From a virus (lineage: Duplodnaviria > Caudoviricetes): DNA of 44,642 nt. The notes under the pieces were generated by a model. It had not been told where the DNA came from. It searched no databases and saw nothing but the letters and a program-made list of their open reading frames with translations. Shown here piece by piece: positions 1 to 9,472 of this stretch; position 1 is the stretch's first letter; each line of letters begins with the position of its first letter. The stretch spans positions 1 to 44,642 of IMG/VR virus record IMGVR_UViG_3300009095_000026, one strand, 5' to 3'. Position numbers and translations under genes: made by a program.

Positions 1-45
1 CGCGCCGAAGAACTGGCCCGCAAGATCGTCGAGGACGACGACTGA
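1..45 (+). CDS. 3' end of upstream gene (possibly portal), partial
   Basis: Frame reads RAEELARKIVEDDD then TGA at 43-45; identity inferred only from position before scaffold/capsid genes. Confidence 0.35.
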   Translation, partial: RAEELARKIVEDDD

Positions 46-46
46 C

Positions 47-76
47 TTGCGCCCTCATAACTGGAAGTCATAGAAT
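47..76 (+). promoter_or_regulatory. possible sigma70 promoter
   Basis: TTGCGC-N18-TAGAAT, 9 nt before ATG 86. Confidence 0.35.
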
Positions 77-85
77 CCGCCGCAC

Positions 86-346
86 ATGCACCTGAATTCG
101 GATGACCTCGCCTTTCTGGCGCGACTCAACAAGTCTCCCGAAGGCCGTCAACTGCTCAGGTTGTTGCAAGCCAAGCAGGCAGAGTGCAACGAGAAGCTGC
201 GCGCCGTCACCGGGGAAGAGGTTCTCCGCTGGCAAGGCCGGGCTCTCGCGGTCGACGAGATGATCGCCGACATCGCAACTGCCGAGCAGAAGCTGACCCG
301 AGTCAAACCCTCTGTCACCTCACAGACCCGGTTTGATCCGCACTGA
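86..346 (+). CDS. small head-region protein (Bbp19-like)
   Basis: 86 aa helical protein (SPEGRQLL...LRWQGRA) in the usual position before the scaffold gene. Confidence 0.6.
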   Translation: MHLNSDDLAFLARLNKSPEGRQLLRLLQAKQAECNEKLRAVTGEEVLRWQGRALAVDEMIADIATAEQKLTRVKPSVTSQTRFDPH

Positions 347-413
347 CAGGGCCCGCGTTCGCCCCCTGCAAAACCGATTCCCCAGGTGACGCCTGGACCT
401 CGGAGAAACCCAC

Positions 414-1400
414 ATGCAGCAGGCTTCACAGCCTTCGAACGAAACGCGACTCCCTCGCGCCGTCCTCCGCCGCTCGGCCGCTGTTCAACAGCGCTACGAA
501 GCGAGCACCAAACCGGCCGACTCGGAAACGCCGTCCCCCGCCGTCGCGGCGACCCCGGAAACCCCGGCCGACACGACTGCGAACACGCCTGACGCCAACG
601 CCCCGAAGACGCCCGCCGTCGAGGATCCGCGGCATAGCGACCCGACCTACTGGAAGCACCGCTTCGAAGCAGTCGCCGGCCGCCTCCGCGCCCGAGAAGA
701 CGAGCACAAGGCCGTCGTCGCCGAGTTCCGTCAGGAGATTGACAGGTTGACCGCCGAAGTCAACCGACTCCAGCAGCAAGCACCTTCCGAGGCGCCCACG
801 ATCGACCTCAAGCAGTTCTTCACGGACGAGCAGATCAAGAACCTGGGCGAAGAAGACGCGATGGCGATGGCACAAGCCGCCGTCACCGCGGCAACCAAAG
901 TGGCACAGGACACCGTCAAGACGCAGATCGAGCCGCTGATGAACCGGCAGCGAGACGATGCGGAGGCCGAGCAGAAACGCAAGGTCGCGGTGTTCGAAGA
1001 GGCCATCGAAGAGCAGGTGCCCAACTACCGCGAACTCGACAAGAGCGAGGGGTGGCTGGCCTGGCTGGACGAGGAAGACCAGGCGACCGGCATGGTGCGG
1101 CAGGACATCCTGACCTCGCACTGCGCGAAGCTCAACGCCCGCGCCGTTGCGAAGATGTTCAAGGACTACCTGCGCAGCGCCGCGCCGGCGGTACCGACGC
1201 CTCCCGTGGCGCCCAGTGGCAGCGGTGCGAATGGTGGTGACACCCCTCCGCGTGCCCCGGAACCCGGGCAAGGTCGGCCTTCCGGGGCCGAGATCAAGGA
1301 GATGTACCGCCGCCGCGCGACCAAGCGCCCGGGCCAACCTGGCTACGTGTCGGACGAAGAGTTCGCCAAGTTCGAAGCGCGACTGAAGCTCCCGCGGTAG
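414..1400 (+). CDS. capsid scaffolding protein
   Basis: Pro/Ala-rich N-terminus, coiled coil, WLAWLDEED segment; directly upstream of the capsid gene; GGAG RBS. Confidence 0.7.
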   Translation: MQQASQPSNETRLPRAVLRRSAAVQQRYEASTKPADSETPSPAVAATPETPADTTANTPDANAPKTPAVEDPRHSDPTYWKHRFEAVAGRLRAREDEHKAVVAEFRQEIDRLTAEVNRLQQQAPSEAPTIDLKQFFTDEQIKNLGEEDAMAMAQAAVTAATKVAQDTVKTQIEPLMNRQRDDAEAEQKRKVAVFEEAIEEQVPNYRELDKSEGWLAWLDEEDQATGMVRQDILTSHCAKLNARAVAKMFKDYLRSAAPAVPTPPVAPSGSGANGGDTPPRAPEPGQGRPSGAEIKEMYRRRATKRPGQPGYVSDEEFAKFEARLKLPR

Positions 1401-1436
1401 CCGGTGGCTACCAACGCCTGATCCAAGGAGCAAATC

Positions 1437-2366
1437 ATGGGCGTTCCTCGCGCATCGGGTGTCCCGGACTATGGTCCGAGCGGCACCATCAACTTCGACC
1501 CGGAACTGTACTCGGCCAAGCTGGTCGAGAAGTTCTACAAGACCACCGTCTTCGGTGAGATCGCCTCGACCGACTACGAGGGCGAGATCGCCGGCTTCGG
1601 CGCCCAGGTCAAGATCCGCACCATCCCGGACGTGACCGTCTCCGACTACGTGATCGGCGCGGGCCTGAGCCCGCAGTACCCGACCAACAACTCGGTGACG
1701 CTGGCCATCGACCAGGCCAAGTCGTTTGCGGTGGCCCTGTCGACCGTGGATTCGCGCCAGTCGGACCTCGACCTGGCCGACATCTTCGCCAACGACGGTT
1801 CGATCCAGCTGCGCATCGCGGCCGACGCCGACATGCTGACCACGATCCCCGCGGACGTGTCGGCGGACAACTCGGGCCCGAGCGCCGGCGCGGATTCGAA
1901 CAACATCAACCTGGGCAACTCGACGACCCCCCGTTCGGTCTCCAAGACCGACGTGGTGGACTTCATCGTCGACTGCGGCACGGTGCTCGACGAGCAGAAC
2001 GTGTCCGACGAAGGCCGCTGGATGGTGGCGCCGCCGTGGTTCATCGCCCTGATCAAGAAGTCCGATCTGCGCATCGCGTCGCTGGCCGGTGATGGCGTGT
2101 CCATCCTGCGCAACGGCAAGGTGGGCGAGATCGACCGCTTCACGATCTACCAGAGCCGCAACCTGCTGACGCAGACGAGCCCGGGCCCCGCGACCTACGT
2201 CATGTTCGGCCACAGCGCCGGCCTGACGTTCGCGTCCCAGATCGTCGAGTGCCAGATGATCGACAACCCGAGCGACTTCGGCTACATCATCCGTGGCCTG
2301 ATGGTGTTCGGGTACGAGGTCATCGGCCCGAGCTACGTCGGCACCGCGGTGGTCAGCAAGGGCTGA
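1437..2366 (+). CDS. major capsid protein
   Basis: NFDPELYSAKLVEKFY...DYEGEI..G..VKI, LDEQNV..EGRW, RGLMVFGYEVI motifs of podovirus HK97-fold coats; AAGGAG RBS; strong codon bias. Confidence 0.9.
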   Translation: MGVPRASGVPDYGPSGTINFDPELYSAKLVEKFYKTTVFGEIASTDYEGEIAGFGAQVKIRTIPDVTVSDYVIGAGLSPQYPTNNSVTLAIDQAKSFAVALSTVDSRQSDLDLADIFANDGSIQLRIAADADMLTTIPADVSADNSGPSAGADSNNINLGNSTTPRSVSKTDVVDFIVDCGTVLDEQNVSDEGRWMVAPPWFIALIKKSDLRIASLAGDGVSILRNGKVGEIDRFTIYQSRNLLTQTSPGPATYVMFGHSAGLTFASQIVECQMIDNPSDFGYIIRGLMVFGYEVIGPSYVGTAVVSKG

Positions 2367-2373
2367 TCGGTGT

Positions 2374-2401
2374 AGGATGGGGTGCGTGAGCACCTCATCC
2401 T
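2374..2401 (+). other. stable hairpin after capsid gene
   Basis: AGGATGGGGTGC-GTGA-GCACCTCATCCT: 12-bp stem, GNRA loop, no U tract. Confidence 0.6.
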
Positions 2402-2428
2402 GCCCGCCGCAAACACAGGAGCAGATCC

Positions 2429-2629
2429 ATGAAGACCAGCAATCCCTACGGGGCCAACTTCCCGGTCAAGGTGCCGCCCGAGACGATCCAGAAGGAGATG
2501 TCCCAGGCGAGCAGCAAGGCCAAGGCGCGCTACCCGCACACGCCGCTGGGCCCGTCCCAGAAGAACGGCGAGGCGGGCAAGATGAAGCGCCCGGCGTACA
2601 CGCCCGGCACTTCGCCCGCGGGCTCCTGA
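2429..2629 (+). CDS. small basic hypothetical protein
   Basis: AGGAG RBS, phage-typical codon use, 66 aa. Confidence 0.7.
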   Translation: MKTSNPYGANFPVKVPPETIQKEMSQASSKAKARYPHTPLGPSQKNGEAGKMKRPAYTPGTSPAGS

Positions 2630-2647
2630 TCGGAGCTCGCGTCCCGC

Positions 2648-2675
2648 AACCGGCGCCCCTGTGGCGCCGGTTTCT
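2648..2675 (+). terminator. probable intrinsic terminator
   Basis: AACCGGCGCC-CCTGT-GGCGCCGGTT followed by TCT; short U tract. Confidence 0.5.
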
Positions 2676-2700
2676 ACATTGATCACCCCGGAGAGACCCG

Positions 2701-3084
2701 ATGATCACCGACGCTCAAGAAGCCGCGATTGCTGCGCGCCGCGCGCAGACCTCGCAGGACAAGCGCAACCCCTTCCTCATCCACGTGGACGACGGCCGCC
2801 TGATGCCGAACGTGCCCCGCTTGCGCGGGCACCAGAAGTACCGCGTCTTCACCGGCTCGCCGAAGGCGACCCCGGAAGAGCGCATGGCCTGGCTGCGGTC
2901 GATGGGCAACGGCGCACCGCTGCCGGCCGACAACGAGCCCTTCGACATCGGCACCGCCTCGGTGGCCGAGATGATCGCTTTCGCTGCGTCGGAGTACGGC
3001 GTCACGCTGGACCCGTCGCTGCACCACAACAAGATGCGCGCCGAACTGCGCCGCCTGGCGGCCGAGGCGGGCAACCTGGCATGA
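2701..3084 (+). CDS. hypothetical virion-region protein
   Basis: GGAG RBS, 127 aa, good codon bias. Confidence 0.65.
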   Translation: MITDAQEAAIAARRAQTSQDKRNPFLIHVDDGRLMPNVPRLRGHQKYRVFTGSPKATPEERMAWLRSMGNGAPLPADNEPFDIGTASVAEMIAFAASEYGVTLDPSLHHNKMRAELRRLAAEAGNLA

Positions 3085-3092
3085 GGTGACCC

Positions 3093-3743
3093 ATGGCCGT
3101 GTCCGTAGAGACCGTCATCAACAATGTGGCGCGCACGCTGCTGGACACGGCTTTCCGCACATGGTCACGCGCCGAGCACGTGGCCAACCTCAACATCGCC
3201 CAGCGGTTGATCTGCGGTGACTACAAGCTTGACGCATACCCCAAGCGCGACTTTGTGACCCTCGTTGCGGGCATCGCGCAGGATCTGCCGGCCGATGGCA
3301 CTGCGCTGATCGACATCACCGACAACGAGGTGTCGGGGCGGGCCGTTACGCAGACGGATCTTGCGATCCTGCAAGAAGAGAACCGCTTCTGGCCGGCGGC
3401 CACGCAGCAGACCGAGGTGGAGAACTACGCCGCTGACCCGCGCACGCCGCGCAAGTTCTACGTCTTCCCACCCAACGACGGCACCGGCAGCGTGCGGGTG
3501 ACCTACGGCGCGATCCCGGCCGAGCTCACCGGCTCCAGCGGTGAGAACATCGCCCTGAGTGATGCCTACCAGTACCCGATCGAGCGCATCATGCTGTCGA
3601 TGGCCTTCGCCAAGAACTCGGTGCGCCAGGATCTGAGCAAGTCGCAGGCCTTCATCAACGAGGCCCGACTCGCGCTGGGCCTCAAGTCCCAAGGCCAAGT
3701 GGCCGTGGCGCCCAAGACCTCGCAATCCCCGGGGGTGGCATGA
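3093..3743 (+). CDS. head-tail adaptor-like protein (DUF6682-like)
   Basis: RTWSRAE...LN, Q.LP.DG..LIDI, NY..DPRTPRKFYVFPP motifs; GAGGT RBS. Confidence 0.7.
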   Translation: MAVSVETVINNVARTLLDTAFRTWSRAEHVANLNIAQRLICGDYKLDAYPKRDFVTLVAGIAQDLPADGTALIDITDNEVSGRAVTQTDLAILQEENRFWPAATQQTEVENYAADPRTPRKFYVFPPNDGTGSVRVTYGAIPAELTGSSGENIALSDAYQYPIERIMLSMAFAKNSVRQDLSKSQAFINEARLALGLKSQGQVAVAPKTSQSPGVA

Positions 3744-4402
3744 CGACCTTCGTCAACGTCTTTGATCAACTGGCGCCGGTCGCGCTGGTCGTGCGCAAGG
3801 CACCGAGCACGTTGCTGCGCCGGGCCTACGTCAAGGCCTTCCGCGACTGGTGCTCGGAGACCCGCTGGCTGCGCGACACTGTGCCGGGGCAGACCGTCGC
3901 CAACACGATGGTCTACGACTTGGGCAGCGACCCGTATCTGGAGATCGTCAGCGTGCGCGCGGCGTCGTGCACGCCACTGCAGGGTGCCGGCATCTCGACG
4001 CCGCGCACGCTGCCACTGCAGCCGCAGGACTCCAGCCTGTGGGATCCGAACGCGCAAGCCAGCCGGCCGCAACGCTACTGCTACATCCCCGAGGGCCAGA
4101 TCGCGTTCTACCCGACGCCCGATGCGGTCTACAACATGCTGGTGACGGTGGTGCTGCAGCCCAAGGACAGCGTGGCGCAGGTGCCCGCGGAGCCGCTGAA
4201 GAAGTACAGCACCGGCATTGAGGCCGGCGCGCTCATGCACCTGCTGCGGATCCCGGGCCAGCCTTGGAGCGACCTCAAGATGGCCGAGAAGTACGAGGCC
4301 ATCTGGAACTCGTGCGTCAGCAACGGCAAGGCCGATGTGCAGCGGGCCTACAACGAAGGCTCGCAACGCGCCCGGCCGCGCCCCTTCGTGATGGGACGAT
4401 GA
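3740..4402 (+). CDS. second adaptor-like virion protein
   Basis: AFRDWCSETRWLR, FYPTPD, GIEAGALMHLLRIPGQPWSD motifs; ATGA overlap with the previous gene. Confidence 0.7.
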   Translation: MTTFVNVFDQLAPVALVVRKAPSTLLRRAYVKAFRDWCSETRWLRDTVPGQTVANTMVYDLGSDPYLEIVSVRAASCTPLQGAGISTPRTLPLQPQDSSLWDPNAQASRPQRYCYIPEGQIAFYPTPDAVYNMLVTVVLQPKDSVAQVPAEPLKKYSTGIEAGALMHLLRIPGQPWSDLKMAEKYEAIWNSCVSNGKADVQRAYNEGSQRARPRPFVMGR

Positions 4403-4403
4403 C

Positions 4404-5123
4404 ATGGCCTTCGGTTTGACCCCTGCCGGCGCTGGCTTTCCGCCGCAAGCGCCCGATGAGTTTCCGAACTACATCCAGTTCCAAAGCAATGGCGTGGATC
4501 TGGGCGCCCCGAACGTTGACACCGTGGACTTTGCCGACGGGCTGGTGGCCACACGCGGCACTGGGGAGAACGCCAACAAGGTGACGGTGATCGCAGGCAC
4601 CAACCCTTCTGGCGGGGGAGGCACTGCTGCGGCGCCCGAGTTGGTGGTGTCGCTTGCCGGTGCGGCTGCCGGGGCGTTTGATGGGGTCAGCTTCAGCAAC
4701 TGGACTGGCACTACGCTGCACTCAAGTAGCGACGCTACTTGGAACGAAACGACAAACGCGGTCGACGTGCAGCAGACCGGGCTCTATGAAGTCGTGATCG
4801 AAGCCCGGGTGACGCCAGTCTCAGGAACTTGGCCCGCCGCAGTGGGGGATCTCACGTACTACGGCAGCGGAGCTACGCCGTCGGCGGGCAGTGTTGCGGG
4901 CAGTCTTTCCTCCAGTCGGTATGGAATGACAGTGCCGGCTACCGCTTCATGGCAAGCTATCGGGCTCTACGCGCAGTTCTCCGATACCTACTTGGTCAAC
5001 GTACCTGCGCTACCTGCGGCCATCACTCCGACACTGTACGCCAACGCCTATGCGGCGGAAACCGACGCAGCCGATTTTGCTGCTGTTGTCGTTGTGCGGC
5101 GTGTCGGCGACGCTTCGGTCTGA
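4404..5123 (+). CDS. putative tail/decoration protein
   Basis: 239 aa, Gly/Thr/Ala-rich and beta-rich; coupled to neighbours. Confidence 0.55.
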   Translation: MAFGLTPAGAGFPPQAPDEFPNYIQFQSNGVDLGAPNVDTVDFADGLVATRGTGENANKVTVIAGTNPSGGGGTAAAPELVVSLAGAAAGAFDGVSFSNWTGTTLHSSSDATWNETTNAVDVQQTGLYEVVIEARVTPVSGTWPAAVGDLTYYGSGATPSAGSVAGSLSSSRYGMTVPATASWQAIGLYAQFSDTYLVNVPALPAAITPTLYANAYAAETDAADFAAVVVVRRVGDASV

Positions 5124-5125
5124 AA

Positions 5126-5770
5126 ATGCGCGTTCGTGTCGTCACTGTCACGTCAAGACCCGGGCACCCGTGGTTGCGCGAGGCTGTCGCTTCGGTGGCG
5201 CAAACGATACCGTCATCCTGTGAGCATGTGGTCGTGCAATCGAGCGGAGATCCGCTTGACTGGAATCGTGACTTGTGGGGCGCCTGCCAAGAAGCAGACG
5301 CTGTTGCGATCGTTGACGATGACGATGTTGTGCTGCCCGGAGCCGTCACGCTTTGTGCGCAAACTTTAACGACGCACCAGTGCGGATTGGCTTTCACGGA
5401 CGAGCAAGAGATTGATGCGCAAGGCAACCCTCTGCGCGAGGGCATGCGCCGTAGCCGGCGGCTCATGGACTTGGCGATGCACCCACGTAGCATCCATCAT
5501 CTCGCGATGTTTCGGCCTTCTTTTGTGCCTCCATCAGCGCTTGGTCTCGCCAACGAGTGCGGCCGCGGCCTGGACTGGCTCATGCGCGCAGCTGCTGGTT
5601 TGCGCGGAGGTGCTGTGCGAGTACCGATGATCGGATACCAGTGGCGACGGCATGGCGGGCAAGACTCCACGAGCGGCGCTGACCTCTACGCTGCGGCCAT
5701 GCCTGCGCTGCGGCGGCTGACCCGTTCGTGGATGGCCTACGACGCTGCCATTCCGGAGATGCAGTTGTGA
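5126..5770 (+). CDS. glycosyltransferase family 2-like protein
   Basis: WLREAVASV, AIVDDDDVVLPGA (DxD), D.WL, YQWRRHGGQ.S motifs of GT-A/GT2; ATG 5126 chosen over the longer ORF. Confidence 0.75.
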   Translation: MRVRVVTVTSRPGHPWLREAVASVAQTIPSSCEHVVVQSSGDPLDWNRDLWGACQEADAVAIVDDDDVVLPGAVTLCAQTLTTHQCGLAFTDEQEIDAQGNPLREGMRRSRRLMDLAMHPRSIHHLAMFRPSFVPPSALGLANECGRGLDWLMRAAAGLRGGAVRVPMIGYQWRRHGGQDSTSGADLYAAAMPALRRLTRSWMAYDAAIPEMQL

Positions 5771-6273
5771 AAATCACGCTGCTCAATCCTCGCGGCGAAG
5801 TTCCTCGACTGGAGTCGCACCTATTGCCGGAGAACGCGGCGCAGGCCGCTGTCGGCACGCGGCTGCTCACCGGCGACATCACTGCATGGCAGCAGTTCTC
5901 CAGCGTCAAGACGCTGGCCACTGCAGCACCGGTGCGCACGATCTACCTGCTTGACGACAAGTGGCTGTCGTGGGGCGTGAACGTGGACGTGGCCCGTGGC
6001 ATCGTGCCGGGCGACGACACGTTCCGCATCTACCTCACGTCCCCTGGCCTGTACTCGCAGCCGCGGTGGACGAACTACTCGCTCGCGACAACGGGCAGTG
6101 AACCGTACCCCGTCGCCACGCGGCCGCTGGGCGTTCCTGCTCCTGACGCCGCGCCCTCGCTGACGGTGGGCGTGGACACTACCGCAACGACGTTCTCGGT
6201 GAACATCACCGACAATGGCGATCAGCTGGCCGATTCGTGGACGACTTCTCCGGTCGTTCCTTTCACGGACTGA
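5767..6273 (+). CDS. tail (nozzle/stabilisation-like) protein, N-terminal part
   Basis: GTG start overlapping previous stop; RGEVPRL..HLLPENAAQ.A and RPLGVPAP motifs typical of the N-terminus of these proteins; ends at a TGA in frame with the next ORF. Confidence 0.65.
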   Translation: MKITLLNPRGEVPRLESHLLPENAAQAAVGTRLLTGDITAWQQFSSVKTLATAAPVRTIYLLDDKWLSWGVNVDVARGIVPGDDTFRIYLTSPGLYSQPRWTNYSLATTGSEPYPVATRPLGVPAPDAAPSLTVGVDTTATTFSVNITDNGDQLADSWTTSPVVPFTD

Positions 6274-6276
6274 TCC

Positions 6277-8166
6277 ATGGCTTTCGAAAGCTCAGTCACC
6301 CAAGTGGCCGACCCGCTCGGCGGCTCGGGCACGGTTTACCAACTGCGGTGGCGCGACACCACGGGTGGCGGCATCCCCACGTTCCTGTCGCGCAACTTCG
6401 GTGTGGCCAGCGCTTCCGTGGTGGAGGCCACCTACGTGTGGGCGTGCAACGATGTGGCAAGCCGCTCGCGGCTTGGCTTCGGCGTCATGCGCGACGGCGC
6501 CGGCATCGGGCCGGCGGTCATCGTCGAGCGGGTCAGTGGCGCGACTTGGCGCCTCGGGGCGGGCATTGCCGGTTCGTGGGCGCAGTACGGCAGCTTCAAT
6601 GGGTACACGAACGGCTTGGCACTGAGCGCCAACACCTACTACAAGATGCACATCAAGGTGGTGCCGAACTCGGACGGCTCTGCTTCGATCACTGCAACCG
6701 TGCGCACGCTCGGCGACGTGGACATTGGCAGCTACGAGACCACGGTCAGCACCACGCTCGGCGACTACTGTGGGGCCTACAGCACGTTTGATCAGCTGGG
6801 CGGCGCGTCGTTGGCCTATATTCGCAGCGTGCAGGTGCAGGCCAGTGGCTCCACCGGCTACACACCTGCCAATCTCGCGACCAGCTACGTCTACACCTTC
6901 GTCAACGACATCGGCGAAGAGAGCGCGCCGAGTCCTGCCAGCAACACGATCCTGCGGCCGGATGGGCTGACCGTCACCGTGACGACGCCAGTGGCGGTGC
7001 CCTCCGGCGTTTCGGGCGACTACAACATCACGACGAAACGCATCTACCGCGCGGCCACCGGCAACACCGGCACGCAGTTCCTGTTCGTCGCCGAGATTGC
7101 GCTGGCCACCGCCACCTACGACGACACGCTGACCGATGCGCAGCTGGGTGAGGTGCTGGAAAGCACAGGCTGGGATCTGCCGCCTGACGATCTGGAAGGC
7201 ATTCTGGCGCTGCCGAACGGCATCATGGTGGGCTTCCGCCGCAATCAGTTGTGCCTGTCGGCGCAGAACCGCCCGCACGCATGGCCGCCGCTGTACCGGT
7301 TGAACACCGATACCGACATCGTGGGCATCGCCAACGTCGACACTACGGTGGTGATCGGCACCAAGAGCTTCATCTATGTGGCGACCGGCAACGATCCGGC
7401 GGCCTACAGCATGAGCAAGTTCGAAGTGCCGTACGCCGCGGTGTCCAAGCACTCGTTCGCCTATCTGACCGGTGTCGGCGTGGTGTTTGCGGGCACTGAC
7501 GGCCTGATGGCCGTGACCGGCGTCGGCCAAGCGCGCAACCTGACCGATGGCGTCTTCACGCTGCGGCAGTGGAAGGCGCTGGACCCGACCACGATCCGCG
7601 CCGTGCAGCACAACGACATCTACTGGCTCTTCGCGCGGCCGCCGGAGCAAGGCGGCAGCGGCTCGCCGGGGCAGACCTACAAGGCCTACGCGCTCGACAT
7701 GAAGAGCAGCGGTTTCGGAGTGGTGGAAATGCCGTTCCACGCCAGCGCGGTGCACGTCGACCCCATCACGGACACCATGTATCTGGTGCTCGACAACATC
7801 GACGAGCCGGATGACCCGTCGCTGCCGATTCCGCCGACCACGCCGGCGGGCATCGCCGTGGGCAACGTGATCGCCGCTTTCGAAGGCGATGCCGACAACC
7901 GCATGACCTTCCGCTGGAAGGGCAAGCTGTGGCTGTTGCCGGCACAGGCTGCCATGATGATGGCCCGCGTGCGCGCCGAGGACTACGACAACATCCTGTT
8001 GCGTGTCTACGGCGACGGCGTGCAGGTTGACGAGGTGGTCGTGACCAGCGAGGAAGAGTTTACGCTGGCCGAAACCGACGCATACCGCAAGCTGGAAATC
8101 GAGGTGCTGGGCACGTCCACAATCCGCGAGATCCAACTCGCGGAGGACGTGCGGGAGTTGGGCTGA
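6277..8166 (+). CDS. tail (nozzle/stabilisation-like) protein, C-terminal part
   Basis: SYVYTFVN..GEESAPSP, KRIYR, WDLPPDDL.G..ALPNG.MVGF, LCLS...PHAWP motifs; same frame as 5767-6273. Confidence 0.75.
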   Translation: MAFESSVTQVADPLGGSGTVYQLRWRDTTGGGIPTFLSRNFGVASASVVEATYVWACNDVASRSRLGFGVMRDGAGIGPAVIVERVSGATWRLGAGIAGSWAQYGSFNGYTNGLALSANTYYKMHIKVVPNSDGSASITATVRTLGDVDIGSYETTVSTTLGDYCGAYSTFDQLGGASLAYIRSVQVQASGSTGYTPANLATSYVYTFVNDIGEESAPSPASNTILRPDGLTVTVTTPVAVPSGVSGDYNITTKRIYRAATGNTGTQFLFVAEIALATATYDDTLTDAQLGEVLESTGWDLPPDDLEGILALPNGIMVGFRRNQLCLSAQNRPHAWPPLYRLNTDTDIVGIANVDTTVVIGTKSFIYVATGNDPAAYSMSKFEVPYAAVSKHSFAYLTGVGVVFAGTDGLMAVTGVGQARNLTDGVFTLRQWKALDPTTIRAVQHNDIYWLFARPPEQGGSGSPGQTYKAYALDMKSSGFGVVEMPFHASAVHVDPITDTMYLVLDNIDEPDDPSLPIPPTTPAGIAVGNVIAAFEGDADNRMTFRWKGKLWLLPAQAAMMMARVRAEDYDNILLRVYGDGVQVDEVVVTSEEEFTLAETDAYRKLEIEVLGTSTIREIQLAEDVRELG

Positions 8167-9374
8167 TGGCCACGCTCGGCACGCCCGCGATCGGCACCGT
8201 TCGCGCGATTGAGGCGCGCGAGCTCAACCAGATCATCGGCAACGCGCGTCAGCGCATTGAGGCGCTGGAACGGCTGGTCACGCTGCTGAGCAGCACCGCA
8301 CCAGGCCCGCAAGCCGCCAACGACATCCAGACGCTGAAGATTCAGCTGGCGCAGCTGCAGACCATCGTCAACGCGCTGAGTTCTGGCAGCACCAGCGCGT
8401 CACTCACGCAGACCTTCCGTGCTTCAGCGGCCGTCCGCGCAAACTACCCGGTCTACGGCAGCGGTGACGGCACGTGCGCCGAGGCGAACCCCAACGAGAA
8501 GAGCACCGTCTACAACGTGCTCGGCGTCGCGCGTGCCGCGGCGGCTTCCGGCGCTAATGTGCTGGTGCAGCGCGAAGGGGTGATGACGGTCACGGGGGCG
8601 GCGTTCACGGCCTTTGAACCGGTGTTCCTCGGGGTGGAAGGTCTGACCACTTGGCCCGACTACACCAACGTCGCCGTACCGATCGGCATCGCGCTGTCGA
8701 GCACCACGCTGTACGTGAAGCCCGGCTTTCCTGCGCTTCAGTACCTCGGGGTCTACAACGACGCCGAGCAACTGATGCCGGTGACGTACCGGCTGCTCGC
8801 GCAAGCGTTGCTGCCGCTCACTACGCTGCTGCAGTCAGCAGACGGCTTCGTGTACCTGAGCGAAGGCCAGCTGATCACTCTTGCCAGTGGCCCCGGGGGT
8901 GGCGGTAGCGGCTACGTCAACGACGGCGATTACGTCGACATTGAAGTCACGTTCGGCGGCACGGTGTGGGCGATCAAGAACGGTCAGGTGACGCTCGCCA
9001 AAATGGCGGACCTGCCGGCCGAGACGCTGATTGGCAACGCCAACCTGAGTGGGCCAGGTGCACCGCAAGCGCTTACCGCCGCGCAAGTGAAGTCGATGCT
9101 CAACATCGACACCGGCGACATCGTGGACTTCGCAGAGAGCGTGCTGGCGCTATTGCAGGCGTCGCTTGTGCCCGGGGCGAACATCACGATTTCTCCGAAC
9201 AGTGCTGGCGCGCTTGTGATTTCTGCAACGGGCGGCTCAAGCGGCCCGAGTTGGACGAACAGCAGCAGTGCGCCGGGCTCGCCGGCTGATGGCGACGAGT
9301 GGTTTGATCCCGACACCGGGATTCTGTACCGCTACGTCAACGATGGCACCTCGTCGCAATGGGTGGAGCTATGA
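8166..9374 (+). CDS. tail fibre-like protein
   Basis: N-terminal coiled coil, VTLAKMA...TLIGN..SG fibre segment, C-terminal APGSPADGDEWFD..TG.LY.Y motif. Confidence 0.65.
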   Translation: MATLGTPAIGTVRAIEARELNQIIGNARQRIEALERLVTLLSSTAPGPQAANDIQTLKIQLAQLQTIVNALSSGSTSASLTQTFRASAAVRANYPVYGSGDGTCAEANPNEKSTVYNVLGVARAAAASGANVLVQREGVMTVTGAAFTAFEPVFLGVEGLTTWPDYTNVAVPIGIALSSTTLYVKPGFPALQYLGVYNDAEQLMPVTYRLLAQALLPLTTLLQSADGFVYLSEGQLITLASGPGGGGSGYVNDGDYVDIEVTFGGTVWAIKNGQVTLAKMADLPAETLIGNANLSGPGAPQALTAAQVKSMLNIDTGDIVDFAESVLALLQASLVPGANITISPNSAGALVISATGGSSGPSWTNSSSAPGSPADGDEWFDPDTGILYRYVNDGTSSQWVEL

Positions 9375-9472
9375 CCATCGACTTCCCCACCTCGCCGAGC
9401 CTTGGCGACACCTACACCTTCAACGGCCGCACGTGGCAGTGGAACGGTAGCGGCTGGGAGCGTGTAGCGTGA
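9371..9472 (+). CDS. 33-aa fibre-adapter-like peptide
   Basis: MTIDFPTSPSLGDTYTFNGRTWQWNGSGWERVA; GGAG RBS; overlaps both neighbours; below the ORF-track cutoff. Confidence 0.65.
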   Translation: MTIDFPTSPSLGDTYTFNGRTWQWNGSGWERVA

